IMG/VR virus record: IMGVR_UViG_3300010885_069896
Location: 21,983 to 85,982 of that record
Strand: one strand, 5' to 3'
Length of the DNA stretch: 64,000 nt
Origin: a virus
Taxonomy: Duplodnaviria > Caudoviricetes
Under the pieces are notes generated by a model. It saw nothing but the letters and a program-made list of their open reading frames with translations, had not been told where the DNA came from and made no database searches. A program made the translations under genes and the position numbers. Below, piece by piece: positions 1 through 10,734 of this stretch (position 1 is its first letter; every line of letters starts with the position of its first letter).

Positions 1-1
1 C

Positions 2-409
2 ATGCAAATATTTCTTGGCGGCAGCGCCTTGCGTGTAGATAATCAAGCACCTCCACCAGATGTGCCACTTAACCCAGAAGGATCAAACTCTGCGGTAGAA
101 GTTGGTACTGAGAATTTATTTGCAGGAACGGAGCCATATATTAAATGGTCAGAATATAAAAATACCGTAGAGAACCTTCAGCAACAAATAAAAGATTTAC
201 GTGACGCTTATTCTGGTTTGGTTGATGATATCGGCGGTTTGGTTGGTAGGCAGGTATGTACGCCATTTGGACCGGATTCTGGTTGGCCTACTTTATACGG
301 TAAAAGCCAAACAAGAAGATCACAACTGGATTCCAGTCTTCAAGACCACAGAACTAAAACCAACCAAGCGGTATATAAATCGAGGAGCTCTAAAATATTT
401 GGGCAATAG
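2..409 (+). CDS. Hypothetical virion protein, probably the 3' part of a baseplate hub/spike-region gene cut by the window edge
   Basis: ORF open from the window edge to TAG at 407-409; lies upstream of gp25/gp6-like genes; no diagnostic motif, so function is inferred from position only. Confidence 0.35.
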   Translation: MQIFLGGSALRVDNQAPPPDVPLNPEGSNSAVEVGTENLFAGTEPYIKWSEYKNTVENLQQQIKDLRDAYSGLVDDIGGLVGRQVCTPFGPDSGWPTLYGKSQTRRSQLDSSLQDHRTKTNQAVYKSRSSKIFGQ

Positions 410-434
410 AAGCTATTGCCCAAATCGTAGCTCT

Positions 435-1244
435 ATGAAACATGAAGAACAAGAGAAAGATTTATTAAAATCTGGTATTTACACGCTGACAAATAAGCTA
501 AATGGAAGAATATATATTGGATCTGCAAAGAGATTTAGAGATCGTTGGCAATCTCACAGATATTGTCTTAAAGCCAATAAACATAGCAACTGTTTTCTAC
601 AGGCCGATTATAATAAATGTGGCCCTGGGTCTTTTTTATTTAAAATTGTTGAATTAACTGATGATAAATCAAAAGAAGAAAGGTTGCTGATTGAAGAAAA
701 ATGGATTGAGCAATATTATGATTCTGGCCATAAATGCTATAATCTTTGTAAAAGAGCTTTTTCACGAGAGGGGTGCCGTGATAAAAGCACAAAAGAGACT
801 AAGGAAAGAAAAAGAAAAGCTGGTCTTAAGAACATGGAAAATCCTGAATTCAGGAATAGGTCAATTGAATCTTTGCGTATTAATTTATTATTAAATGGAC
901 CTCCGAATCTAGGCAATAAGCATAGTACAGAAACAAAAAAGATAATGTCTGACAAGCATATAGGAAAATTAAAATCCGAAGAAACAAAGAGACGAATGTC
1001 GGAAGCGCAATCTAAACGTGCTGAAAGTAATCCAAGTTTTATAAAAAATCTTTACCTATCCAGCTTAGAATCTGTTTCAAAACCTATAATTGTAAGAAAT
1101 AAAATAACCGGCGAAATTATAAGGTGTATTTCTAAAACAGCAACATGTAAAGAATTTGGGTTTAAAAATACAAAACAGTTAAAATGGTACATTGATGGTA
1201 AATGGGTTCATGATTTATATGAATTCTATGAAGAAGCTCAATAA
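435..1244 (+). CDS. Free-standing GIY-YIG homing endonuclease
   Basis: SGIYTLTNKLNGRIYIGSAKRFRDRW..H...E..CYN catalytic pattern with NUMOD3-like basic repeats (HSTETKKIMS, KSEETKRRMS). Start moved from track 201 to the in-frame ATG at 435 to avoid overlapping ORF 2..409. Confidence 0.88.
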   Translation: MKHEEQEKDLLKSGIYTLTNKLNGRIYIGSAKRFRDRWQSHRYCLKANKHSNCFLQADYNKCGPGSFLFKIVELTDDKSKEERLLIEEKWIEQYYDSGHKCYNLCKRAFSREGCRDKSTKETKERKRKAGLKNMENPEFRNRSIESLRINLLLNGPPNLGNKHSTETKKIMSDKHIGKLKSEETKRRMSEAQSKRAESNPSFIKNLYLSSLESVSKPIIVRNKITGEIIRCISKTATCKEFGFKNTKQLKWYIDGKWVHDLYEFYEEAQ

Positions 1245-1338
1245 TCATAATACTAACACTATGTACCAATGTTATATTATCAAATAACATTAAATTCTAA
1301 AATTATCATTAGTTATGAATAGGAATTAATTAAATAAC

Positions 1339-2190
1339 ATGCCAGAGCAACTTCCACAACTACCATCATTGCCAACCCCTGAAGATTTGGCCAGACAAGG
1401 CACTAATACCATAAAAATAACTTCATTAGAAGCAGCTTTAAATGCATTGCCGCCTCCACTTGGACAAGGTGCAGTAGGCTTGAGCAATTCATTATATGCA
1501 GTGTTAATACGGCCACCAGAGCCTTCTGGTCCTGGGGCTCCACCAAGCTCTGATCAAGTTAAATTATTTGCATTAGGTATAGCGATGGCTATCGTTATGT
1601 TTGTATGGTGTCTTATAAAGAATTTTTTAAATAGCTTGCCAATCATCGGAATTTTTGTTGATGGCTGCACAAGTGATGAACAGGCTATTCCGCCTTCAAT
1701 AACTGCCCAAAACAAGGATTCATTAGATAATTTTATTACATCTGAGGTTGAATCAGTTAAACCAAATATATCTCCTGGAGCAACAAACCCCACGGCAAAA
1801 GGAAGGACTTTTGAAGAGTTCGCTGCCTCTATTAGCGTAAATAATCAATCTGGTGCAACTGCCAATTTGCCTGAAAGTTTGGGCGGTGCTGGTTCGGCTG
1901 GTGGATTTAATGGATTTAGTGCTGGTGCTGCTGGTGCTGCTGGTGCCGCTGGTGCCGCTGGTGCCGCTGGTGCTGCTATAAATGCTGCTGCGTCGGGCTT
2001 ACAGCTTGGACAGAATGCAACTGGTGCTTCAAAATCATCGGCAAATATACAACAATCGTCAGCGGACACATCAGCGGCTAGTACAGCTAATAGCAATGAT
2101 GTACAAAATAGTACACCTTCTCAAAGAGATAATGCTACCCAAGATGTACGATTATCTTCCGAAGGTCTAAAGAAATTATTTGGTTTATAA
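1339..2190 (+). CDS. Hypothetical protein with a hydrophobic segment and a Gly/Ala repeat
   Basis: 283-aa ORF with FALGIAMAIVMFVWCLI hydrophobic stretch and (AGA)n tract; directly upstream of the gp25-like gene. Confidence 0.65.
   Translation: MPEQLPQLPSLPTPEDLARQGTNTIKITSLEAALNALPPPLGQGAVGLSNSLYAVLIRPPEPSGPGAPPSSDQVKLFALGIAMAIVMFVWCLIKNFLNSLPIIGIFVDGCTSDEQAIPPSITAQNKDSLDNFITSEVESVKPNISPGATNPTAKGRTFEEFAASISVNNQSGATANLPESLGGAGSAGGFNGFSAGAAGAAGAAGAAGAAGAAINAAASGLQLGQNATGASKSSANIQQSSADTSAASTANSNDVQNSTPSQRDNATQDVRLSSEGLKKLFGL
1921..1977 (+). repeat. In-frame 9-nt tandem repeat (GCTGGTGCY)x6
   Basis: Six consecutive GCTGGTGCT/GCTGGTGCC units encoding AGAAGAAGA... Confidence 0.9.
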
Positions 2191-2199
2191 TTAATAGTC

Positions 2200-2673
2200 A
2201 TGAGAAGTTTTAAAAGTGTTGGAATCACTGGCGCAGAATTAACAGCACAGCAAGTAGCTATTGCTCCTACCCCGATACGTATTGGAATTGTTACTCCTTT
2301 AGCCATAGGAAATAATGATGAAGGCTTGCTAGCCATGAGTTATAATGTTGGAACGCAGATGAAAAATAATCTTCGTGATCTAATAATGACAAATTGGGGT
2401 GAGCGTTTAGCGCTGTATGATTACGGGGCAAATCTACAGCCTTTAGTTACTGAATATGAGAATGGCAAAGATAATTTCGACAATAACGCTATGCAAAGAA
2501 TAATGGCTGCTGTTCAAAAATATATGTCATATGTTGAACTAGATGGATTTAATAGTGAGGCAAGGGCAGCGGAAAATATTGGAGTTGGCAATGTGGTGAT
2601 TACAGTTGATTATAGTATTCCGAGAGCAAACGTTCCAACTACCAGATTAGAAATAAGTTTTGCAGTTACTTAA
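2200..2673 (+). CDS. gp25: Baseplate wedge subunit, gp25/GPW-like
   Basis: MKNNLRDLIMTNWGERLALYDYGANLQPL matches the gp25 family pattern (NL..L..T..GER....FG..L); size 157 aa; precedes the gp6-like gene. Confidence 0.8.
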   Translation: MRSFKSVGITGAELTAQQVAIAPTPIRIGIVTPLAIGNNDEGLLAMSYNVGTQMKNNLRDLIMTNWGERLALYDYGANLQPLVTEYENGKDNFDNNAMQRIMAAVQKYMSYVELDGFNSEARAAENIGVGNVVITVDYSIPRANVPTTRLEISFAVT

Positions 2674-2714
2674 TATTTCTCTGAAAGATATCTAATATAA
2701 AGTGAGAATTAAAT

Positions 2715-4574
2715 ATGCCGGTTGATTCAAGAAGAAACATCCAACAAGCCATCAGAGAAAGAAAATTTTTAAATAAAGATTTTGATTCCTTCAGAAGCGA
2801 TCTTGAGGAATACGCACGAAATTTTTTTCCTGATAAAATTCAAGATTTTTCACCAAATGGTTTTGGTGGATTATTAATCGAACTTGCAAGTTACATTGGA
2901 GATGTTCAATCATTTTATCTTGATCATCAATTTGGCGAACTGAATGCTGAGACGGCAGTCGAAACAAAAAATTTAGAAAAACTACTAAGGGAAGCTGGAG
3001 TAAATATTATTGGTGCAGCTCCTGCCGTAGTGGGTGTAACATTCTTTGTTAAGGTGCCTGCAAGTTCAGGCACCTATGATAAAAGCGGATTACCAGTTAT
3101 TAAAGCTGGATCAACAGTGAGTTCTAATGCATCCGTGTCATTCCAGTTAATTGATGATATTGATTTTACGATAACAAAAAGCGATGGAACGCCTGGGGTT
3201 GGTATAAATTATGTTGTTGGTGAAACTGATAATAATAACAACCCAATAAACTATATTTTCAGTGCTACCGGCGATTCTTTGTCAAGCATAGCACGTACTG
3301 AGTCGTTCTCAGTTAATGGGTTTGAACCATTTAAAAAATATACAATTCAAAGTCGTGATGTTACGGATATTATATCAGTGATAGACTCTGATGGCAACAA
3401 TTATTATGAGGTTGACTTTTTGACACAGGATACTATTTTTAGATCGGTAAAAAACAGGATACCTGCTTCTGAGTCGCCTCCAAATCAACAATATGTTGAT
3501 TCTAATTTAGAAATATTGCCAGCACCATTTAGATTTTATAGATCAACATCATTGGCTACACGTTTAACTACGCTTACTTTTGGTGGTGGTTCTAGCGAAT
3601 CCATGAACATTGATTTAATACCAGATCCAAGCCAAGCTGCTCTTCCATTATATGGAAAAAGAAGTTTTTCAAGATTCTCAATTGATCCAAATAATTTGTT
3701 AAAAACATCAACTCTTGGATCTATAGCACCAAACGTTACAATAACTGTGAATTATAAATCTGGTGGGGGTTTGAATCATAATATTCCGCCACAGAGTATT
3801 TCTGAGGTTGCGATAGCAATCATGGAATTTCCAAACAGCCCAACTCCAGGGGTTGCATCTATCGTAAGGGCTTCGGTAGACGCAAATAACAATGCAGAGG
3901 CTGCTGGAGGCGCAGATGCACCAACCATTGATGAATTAAGGTTACAAATTCCATCTGCAAGGAATGCACAATCTAGAATTGTTAGTAAAGAAGATCTTCT
4001 GGGTAGAATCTATTCTTTGCCAGCAAACTTTGGGCGAGTATATCGTGCATCTATCCGCAACAATCCAGATAACCCAAACAGCGCTCTGCTTTATCTTCTT
4101 TGCCGCAACGCAAATAACGAACTTGTTCTTGCACCAGATTTATTAAAAAAGAATTTGGCGACTTATCTAAACCAGTATCGAATGATTTCGGATGCAATTG
4201 ATATTATGGATGGCCGAATCATTAACTTACAAATTAATTATGACATTACGGTTGATCCAACGTATAACCGCCAGCTTGTATTACAAAATGTCCAGTCTAA
4301 ACTTATTCAATATTTTAATATTGGTAATTTTCAAATGGATCAACCTTTGATTCTCGATGATCTTAGAAACATTATCTATAACAACGTTGGTGTTTTGGCT
4401 GTAAGAGGTATTACCGCTACAAACCAAACTGGTACAATCAGTGGTAGAAATTATAGCACAGTACGCTATGATGTTAACACGAACTTAATTAACAATTCAA
4501 TTCTTATACCACCTCCTGGTGGTATGTTTGAGGTGAAATATAAAAATTTTGATTTAATCGGACGCTCAAGCTGA
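2715..4574 (+). CDS. gp6: Baseplate wedge subunit, T4 gp6/baseplate-J-like
   Basis: N-terminal KDFDSFRSDLEEYARNFFPDKIQDFS...LIELASYIGDVQSFYLD and AAGGADAPTIDELR...AQSRIVSKEDL motifs typical of gp6-like wedge proteins. Confidence 0.85.
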   Translation: MPVDSRRNIQQAIRERKFLNKDFDSFRSDLEEYARNFFPDKIQDFSPNGFGGLLIELASYIGDVQSFYLDHQFGELNAETAVETKNLEKLLREAGVNIIGAAPAVVGVTFFVKVPASSGTYDKSGLPVIKAGSTVSSNASVSFQLIDDIDFTITKSDGTPGVGINYVVGETDNNNNPINYIFSATGDSLSSIARTESFSVNGFEPFKKYTIQSRDVTDIISVIDSDGNNYYEVDFLTQDTIFRSVKNRIPASESPPNQQYVDSNLEILPAPFRFYRSTSLATRLTTLTFGGGSSESMNIDLIPDPSQAALPLYGKRSFSRFSIDPNNLLKTSTLGSIAPNVTITVNYKSGGGLNHNIPPQSISEVAIAIMEFPNSPTPGVASIVRASVDANNNAEAAGGADAPTIDELRLQIPSARNAQSRIVSKEDLLGRIYSLPANFGRVYRASIRNNPDNPNSALLYLLCRNANNELVLAPDLLKKNLATYLNQYRMISDAIDIMDGRIINLQINYDITVDPTYNRQLVLQNVQSKLIQYFNIGNFQMDQPLILDDLRNIIYNNVGVLAVRGITATNQTGTISGRNYSTVRYDVNTNLINNSILIPPPGGMFEVKYKNFDLIGRSS

Positions 4575-4658
4575 TAAAATTTTCTATTTACATATTTTGT
4601 TAAAATGATAAAGTATTGAAGTATTTACAGAATAGCATAATAGAAAGCAAAGATTTCA

Positions 4659-6242
4659 ATGTACCGTATTCTAAAAGCCGACAAAGATTCATATGTCACG
4701 AATAAAGCGATTTATAGTGCTCGTGGTGGTTTCACTAGTTCAATATATTCAAATGTTGGGCAAGCTGGAACAATTGATTTATTCAAGCTTTATAAAGAGG
4801 GTGGTAATACAGGCATTGAATTAAGCCGTGGCGTTATTCATTTTAATTTAGACCCAATAAGAGAGTTAACTGGGTCGTTAATAAATGTTAATGACACAAG
4901 TTTTAAATGTTATGTAAATCTAAAAGATGTATATGGTGGTCAAACAGTACCATCAAATTTTGACTTAATTTTATATCCGTTAGCAAAAGAATTTGAAGAA
5001 GGAAGGGGAAATGATGTCATAGGATATCGTGATTTAGACGCAGTAAATTGGGTGACGGCAAGCTTAAATGGTATAAATTCTTGGACAACTGGCGGAATTG
5101 GAGCATCTGGGTCAGCTGGTGATATAATCACTATTAATGCTGATTATTATACTTTCTACTCCTCTTCTATTGGTTATCTTCCACTAGGGTTTACACAACA
5201 TTTTGATCGTGGAGATGAAGATTTACTAATAGATGTAACTACAGCCATTTCAGCAACATTGGTTGGTGGTATACCGGATTATGGTTTTAGGCTAAGTTAT
5301 TCGGGAAGCCAAGAAACAGATAGCGTAACACGATTCGTTAAGAGATTTAGTTCCAGACAATCTAGAAACACCAACCTTCATCCTAGATTAATTATAAAAT
5401 ACAATGACACATTTATTGATAACCAAGTACAGACTTATTTTGACGTAAATAATAAGATAGGAATTTATAATTCTCCATACGGCAATCCTACGAATTTTTT
5501 ATCTGGAGCGATCCCAGTAAGTGGTTCTGGTAGCGTGTTGCTTAAATTGTTTGCAAGCCAAAGTTCTTATGTCACAGCGACAACTTACAGCTATAGTCAT
5601 CAGGCTACAATAAGTTATTTATCAACAAGTTGGAGTTATTTCTCTCAATCATTTACTGGATCACAGATATCATTTGGCGGAATAAATCAATCTGGTTCAT
5701 ATTATGCTGATGTATGTATACCATTTAATGCTTCTGGATTATCTAGCGTAATCAATGGAAATTCTGTGGTTTTTAATTCTCTCTGGACTTCGCTTGATCA
5801 GAGTGTTGTATATACGACAGGTTCTAATTTCACTATGATGGCTTTAAATGCTTCAAACGCCAGTATTCCTCAGAAAAACTATGCTATAAATATTACAAAT
5901 TTACAGGATGTTTACAACGATAAAGATGTCGCTAAACTGAGAGTATTTGCGTATGATTTTGACCCAACGCTAACTTCGTTTTATATACCTTATGATGTAA
6001 AACCTAAGATATTTAAAACCATGTATTGGAGTGTCATTGATCCATATTCTAAAGAAATAATAATACCATTTGATGATAGCGGTACACAGCTATCTGCCGA
6101 TGGAAAAGGTATGTATTTTAATTTGTACATGCAAGACTTACCTATTAACAGACCTTTGGAAATAAAATTATTAATTAAAGAATACGGCAACAGTAGCCTT
6201 GTAGAAAATCAAGCATTTATATTTAAGATAGTGGATGTATGA
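4659..6242 (+). CDS. Probable virion structural protein (baseplate cluster)
   Basis: 527-aa Ser/Gly-rich ORF between gp6-like and gp7-like genes; overlaps the next gene by 4 nt (ATGA coupling). Confidence 0.6.
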   Translation: MYRILKADKDSYVTNKAIYSARGGFTSSIYSNVGQAGTIDLFKLYKEGGNTGIELSRGVIHFNLDPIRELTGSLINVNDTSFKCYVNLKDVYGGQTVPSNFDLILYPLAKEFEEGRGNDVIGYRDLDAVNWVTASLNGINSWTTGGIGASGSAGDIITINADYYTFYSSSIGYLPLGFTQHFDRGDEDLLIDVTTAISATLVGGIPDYGFRLSYSGSQETDSVTRFVKRFSSRQSRNTNLHPRLIIKYNDTFIDNQVQTYFDVNNKIGIYNSPYGNPTNFLSGAIPVSGSGSVLLKLFASQSSYVTATTYSYSHQATISYLSTSWSYFSQSFTGSQISFGGINQSGSYYADVCIPFNASGLSSVINGNSVVFNSLWTSLDQSVVYTTGSNFTMMALNASNASIPQKNYAINITNLQDVYNDKDVAKLRVFAYDFDPTLTSFYIPYDVKPKIFKTMYWSVIDPYSKEIIIPFDDSGTQLSADGKGMYFNLYMQDLPINRPLEIKLLIKEYGNSSLVENQAFIFKIVDV

Positions 6243-9200
6243 CAACTTTTTCCCCAACACAAAGATTAGTTCAATTAAGACCAGGAGTTTTTAAGACATC
6301 TGTTGTTCGTGGCATTACAGATCCTGACGGTGGCTTATCTACTTTTCAGAGTGAAAATGGCGGATTTGTCGAAACAACAGCACTGGGAGAGTCTGGCTCT
6401 TTTCGCTATGACCCAATTGGATCAGGAATAAAGTCTACACAGCAATTAAATGTTGATTGGAGCGCTTTTGAAAATCATGTTTTCTTTAACTCTGCACAGG
6501 TAAAAGTTAACTCGGCATTTAATAAAATAATTGATCGTTATCCGTTTGATGGTACACGTAAAGAAACAGAGTTATTTTTTGACGGAATGACTGGTTTTGA
6601 AAACTATGTTTATCAAAGAATGCCAAAAAACAAGGGCTATCTTTATTTTTCTGGTTCTAATCCTAGCGATACAATAACAAAGGGTACTTGGGTTACTGTA
6701 AAAGATGTTGCTGGGGCTCCATTTCCGTTCTTAACCAAAAACCCAAATGGTGCAAGTCGTCTTGACCCAGTGGCGTCATCAGTAACTTTCCAATTTCAGA
6801 TTTTTTCTCCTACGATTGCCAACGATAATCAAATTATTTTTCAAAAACTTAACAGTGTTTCGTTGGCAGATCAACAGGGTTTTGGATGTTATTTATCGCA
6901 GAGCCTGAGCACCTCTGTAGTCGATCTAACTTTCTTTGTAGCCAGTGGGTCAACCAACGTCATGTCTGCCTCTATTGGGCTCAATAAGGGCCTCTGGACG
7001 CCTGTTTCTTTTGTGTGGGATCGCAGCAGCGGTGTTAATCAATTAAAAGGATATGTTAGCGGATCGTTGGTTGTTACCAGTAGTCAAGTTACAATTGGTA
7101 ATTTGAATTTTTCATCAAACAATTTTTATATTGGCACAGGTAGCAATATTACAGTGCCTTTTTTCACTCCACAAACCACATTTTCTGGCGGTTTAGACGA
7201 ATTCAGGTACTATAAAAAAATATTATCTACCGATGACATGGTAGAGTATCAAAGCAGCAGCATTTATCCTGTTTCTGGCTCTGGTGATTTAGGTCTATAC
7301 CTTAAATTCAATGAGCCCTCTGGGTCAAATTCTGAATTAGTAATTGATTATTCTGGGCAGGGTATGCATGGTGTTTTAAATACCTACGCATTGAATACTT
7401 TGAAAGTTAGAAATATATCAACTGGATCTTTGTTTGGAGAAAGCCCAATGGTTTATGAGGACATAAAGGAATGTCCTATTTTATTTCCTGATCATCCTGA
7501 AGTGGAAGCGTTAAGAGAAGATTTATTAACTGATGCTTCATCTTATGATACCGACAATCCTAATGTTATCACAAAACTAATACCCAAGCAATATTTTTCA
7601 TACGGCCAAATACAGGCTGCTCTGAGCACAGAAGAGGGTGACATAAACACTCTTCAATATGGCTCTGAGCCAAATACTGCTGCACTCGGAAGCACACAAA
7701 CCCTGCTTTCATTGGCATATATGTGGGCTTCGTTTTTTGATGAAATAAAAATATTTTTGGATTCTTTTTCAACTTTGCGGCATGTTGATTATGAAATCAA
7801 AGACACTGTACCAGATGCGTTTTTAAAACAATTAGCAGATTTTTATGGTTTAGATCTACCACCAATTTTTATTGGTTCGACAATTGATCAGTTCATCAAT
7901 GGCAATAATATCAGTACCGATATTGTAAAAAGCGAAAATACTTTAAACTATCTACAAAATCAAATTTGGCGTAGAATATTAATTAACGCTAATGACATTT
8001 TAAAAAGTAAAGGTACGCTACATTCAATCAAAGCTTTACTTAGGGCTGTTGGTATTGAGGGGGATAATATATTTCGTTTCAGAGAGTATGGTGGACCAAC
8101 GCAGCGCACATTGAACGCTTTAAGAGAAAATAGAAATGATCTTGGCTCCATATTAAATTTCCAAGGCGGCGGTTATGTTAAAACACCGTTCTTATCAGGA
8201 AGCCGTATCGAGCCAGGATACCCAAATCCAGTAGGTACGTTCATTGTTGATCCAATAACTGGTCATAATACTGATACTACAAATGAAAATGATGGTTTAT
8301 TTACAAGTGGCTCATGGACCTATGAGGGGATTTATAGTTTTGCGGGATCTTCAAATATAACCGTTACGCAAAGCCTAGCAAGACTTATGTCTTCTGGGTC
8401 TGGTAACAATGAAAACGTTTTGGCAAACCTCATGGCATTTTCTGGATCTGGTTTGCAATTAATTGTAAGTCCAAACTACACAGCTGGCGCAAACGCATTA
8501 ACCATGTCAATTTCAACACCAGAAATATTGGATGGACAATTATGGAACATATCATTCGGTAGAACCCGTGGTGATTCTATAGGACAAATATCATCTTCCT
8601 ACTTCTTAAGAGTGGCAAGAAATAATCTTGGAAAAATTATTGAAGAATTTACTACTTCTTCATTGTATGATGATAATTTCAACGGAAATTATGCAAACAA
8701 TTTGTTTCAAACAGTGAACGCAACAAGAAACATATCTGGGTCATTTATTGCAATCGGAAGCGGAAGCGCAAATATTGTATTAAATACAGAACTAGCAAAT
8801 GAAAATTCAATTCAGAACTTTGAGGGAAGCGTTACTCAAATAAGATTTTGGTCAAAGGATTTGGCGATTGATGAATGGCGAGAACATGTCAGAGATTATA
8901 AATCATTAGGTGTGTATGATCCAAGAGTAAATTTCAATTTTGAAAACTTACGCTCAGGGTCATTTGAAAAGGTAAGACTTGATCTTTCAACCGGTCAAAT
9001 AACTACAGAAACAGATGGGTCTGGAAATATACAAATATTTGATTTTTCAAAAAATAATCTGCACTCGTCTGGGACATTATTCCCCGTAACTTCATCTGTG
9101 ATTGCCTCAAAAAGATTTTATTATTCTTTCATATCTCCAAACTTTGATGAAGCTGTTACCAATGATAAAGTTCGTGTAAGAAGCTATCAAGATTTAGATA

Positions 9201-9703
9201 ATGTTTTAAATGATGATGGGATGTATTCAATGGAGGCCCCAATATATGAGATCTCGCAAGAACAAATTCCAGAAGATAATGGTAAATTCAGTATAGATTT
9301 TAGCATAGTCGATTCATTGAATCAAGATATGATGATAATGTTTTCATCATTGGAAATTTTTGATGATATACTTGGCGCACCAAACATGATGTTTTCTGGA
9401 GATTACCCAGGTCTAGAGACCTTGAGAGAAATCTATTTCAATAGATTAAATAATAAAATAAATATTAAAGGATTTTTTGAATTCTATAAATGGATTAATA
9501 CTAATATTGGTAAATTTATTGAACAGTTGATACCTAGAAAAACAAGATACAATGGAATAAATTATGTTATTACCAGCCATCTTTTAGAAAGATCTAAGGT
9601 AGAGTATCATTGTGAGGATATTTACATTGGAGAAAGTAACAGAAATAGGCAAAAAGATGTTTCAAGTTTACAAATTGTTGATGGATTGTTGAGGAAATAC
9701 TAA
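6239..9703 (+). CDS. Baseplate wedge protein, gp7/P2-gpI-like, with a LamG/concanavalin-like domain
   Basis: VPDAFLKQLADFYGLDLP...IWRRILINANDILKSKGTLHSIKALLRAVGI resembles the gpI/gp7 motif; WTPVSFVWD...YVSG...FSGGLDEFRYY resembles a LamG domain. Confidence 0.65.
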   Translation: MTTFSPTQRLVQLRPGVFKTSVVRGITDPDGGLSTFQSENGGFVETTALGESGSFRYDPIGSGIKSTQQLNVDWSAFENHVFFNSAQVKVNSAFNKIIDRYPFDGTRKETELFFDGMTGFENYVYQRMPKNKGYLYFSGSNPSDTITKGTWVTVKDVAGAPFPFLTKNPNGASRLDPVASSVTFQFQIFSPTIANDNQIIFQKLNSVSLADQQGFGCYLSQSLSTSVVDLTFFVASGSTNVMSASIGLNKGLWTPVSFVWDRSSGVNQLKGYVSGSLVVTSSQVTIGNLNFSSNNFYIGTGSNITVPFFTPQTTFSGGLDEFRYYKKILSTDDMVEYQSSSIYPVSGSGDLGLYLKFNEPSGSNSELVIDYSGQGMHGVLNTYALNTLKVRNISTGSLFGESPMVYEDIKECPILFPDHPEVEALREDLLTDASSYDTDNPNVITKLIPKQYFSYGQIQAALSTEEGDINTLQYGSEPNTAALGSTQTLLSLAYMWASFFDEIKIFLDSFSTLRHVDYEIKDTVPDAFLKQLADFYGLDLPPIFIGSTIDQFINGNNISTDIVKSENTLNYLQNQIWRRILINANDILKSKGTLHSIKALLRAVGIEGDNIFRFREYGGPTQRTLNALRENRNDLGSILNFQGGGYVKTPFLSGSRIEPGYPNPVGTFIVDPITGHNTDTTNENDGLFTSGSWTYEGIYSFAGSSNITVTQSLARLMSSGSGNNENVLANLMAFSGSGLQLIVSPNYTAGANALTMSISTPEILDGQLWNISFGRTRGDSIGQISSSYFLRVARNNLGKIIEEFTTSSLYDDNFNGNYANNLFQTVNATRNISGSFIAIGSGSANIVLNTELANENSIQNFEGSVTQIRFWSKDLAIDEWREHVRDYKSLGVYDPRVNFNFENLRSGSFEKVRLDLSTGQITTETDGSGNIQIFDFSKNNLHSSGTLFPVTSSVIASKRFYYSFISPNFDEAVTNDKVRVRSYQDLDNVLNDDGMYSMEAPIYEISQEQIPEDNGKFSIDFSIVDSLNQDMMIMFSSLEIFDDILGAPNMMFSGDYPGLETLREIYFNRLNNKINIKGFFEFYKWINTNIGKFIEQLIPRKTRYNGINYVITSHLLERSKVEYHCEDIYIGESNRNRQKDVSSLQIVDGLLRKY

Positions 9704-10719
9704 TGCCATATTGGATAGTTGATTCTAGATTTAAACCATTCAATGATGATCCATTTTATTATGGTAAAACAAACCGTAATTTATCTGTCTCTGGTGGCAT
9801 AAACACCACTGCAATAGATAATTTTCGTGAAGGTGTGAACGTAAGAAATACAAACGATATTTATAAATCAAATCAAGTAAAAATCTCATTTGTAGATGGT
9901 TCTGGCGATTTAGAGATTTTGCCAAATGGAGATTTAACAAATCAATCTCAATTTATAACATTTGGGCAAGCTGTAGACTTTATTCAATACACTGGCCAAG
10001 CAGCTTTCATGGATTCACATGTGGGCGTAGAGGGAACGTCTATAAAAAGCAATGGTTTGAGATTGCCAAGAACTGTTGATTATCTTATTGATAATGCGGC
10101 AATTGTGGAAGGTTTTGTGCAGCCAGATGTATTGTATCCAGTATATATGAATGGAGGTCCACAGTTTTTCGAAGAATGTATAATTGAACCTTTTCCAATT
10201 CCCAATCGCTTGGCTACAAACGAAAGCCCTCAAGAGATTTCAAAAGGTATATTTGCTTTTTTGGAAGGTGGTAATGTTGGAGATGAACGTAGGTTTGGCT
10301 CAAGTAATAATGAGCAAATGATTTATCGTGATCAGCCACTTGTAGTGAGACCTTACTTAGAATATGGCGCTAATTATCTTCTGGTGACAAACAGCATTGG
10401 AAATGTAATCAAATTTATTGAATCAAAACCTTCGGCAATTCCAGATCAAAGCATTGTTGCAAAAATAAAACCATGGATAGATGAACCAAGAAATATATAT
10501 TTTCCGAGATTTACGGATACTTTAGATCTATTAAGTGCCAGCGTTAAAAATAATAATACTACAATCCCATTTTATTCATTAAACTATGGAACAAATGATA
10601 CAGAAATTCAAAGCCGTGATCAAAAATCTGCACCAGCTGGCTATAGCTATTATGGCGGAAATGCAGGATTGTACGGTACGGATAGTATTGCCTTTGGCGG
10701 AATTTTTCGTGGAAGTTGA
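9703..10719 (+). CDS. Hypothetical protein (tail/baseplate cluster)
   Basis: 338-aa ORF, TAATG-coupled to the upstream gene; no motif recognised. Confidence 0.6.
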   Translation: MPYWIVDSRFKPFNDDPFYYGKTNRNLSVSGGINTTAIDNFREGVNVRNTNDIYKSNQVKISFVDGSGDLEILPNGDLTNQSQFITFGQAVDFIQYTGQAAFMDSHVGVEGTSIKSNGLRLPRTVDYLIDNAAIVEGFVQPDVLYPVYMNGGPQFFEECIIEPFPIPNRLATNESPQEISKGIFAFLEGGNVGDERRFGSSNNEQMIYRDQPLVVRPYLEYGANYLLVTNSIGNVIKFIESKPSAIPDQSIVAKIKPWIDEPRNIYFPRFTDTLDLLSASVKNNNTTIPFYSLNYGTNDTEIQSRDQKSAPAGYSYYGGNAGLYGTDSIAFGGIFRGS

Positions 10720-10734
10720 TTGTTATAGGTCATT

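Noticed and set aside
201-434. N-terminal extension of the first GIY-YIG ORF
   Set aside because: It overlaps ORF 2..409 in another frame and does not resemble GIY-YIG; ATG 435 gives the normal domain start.
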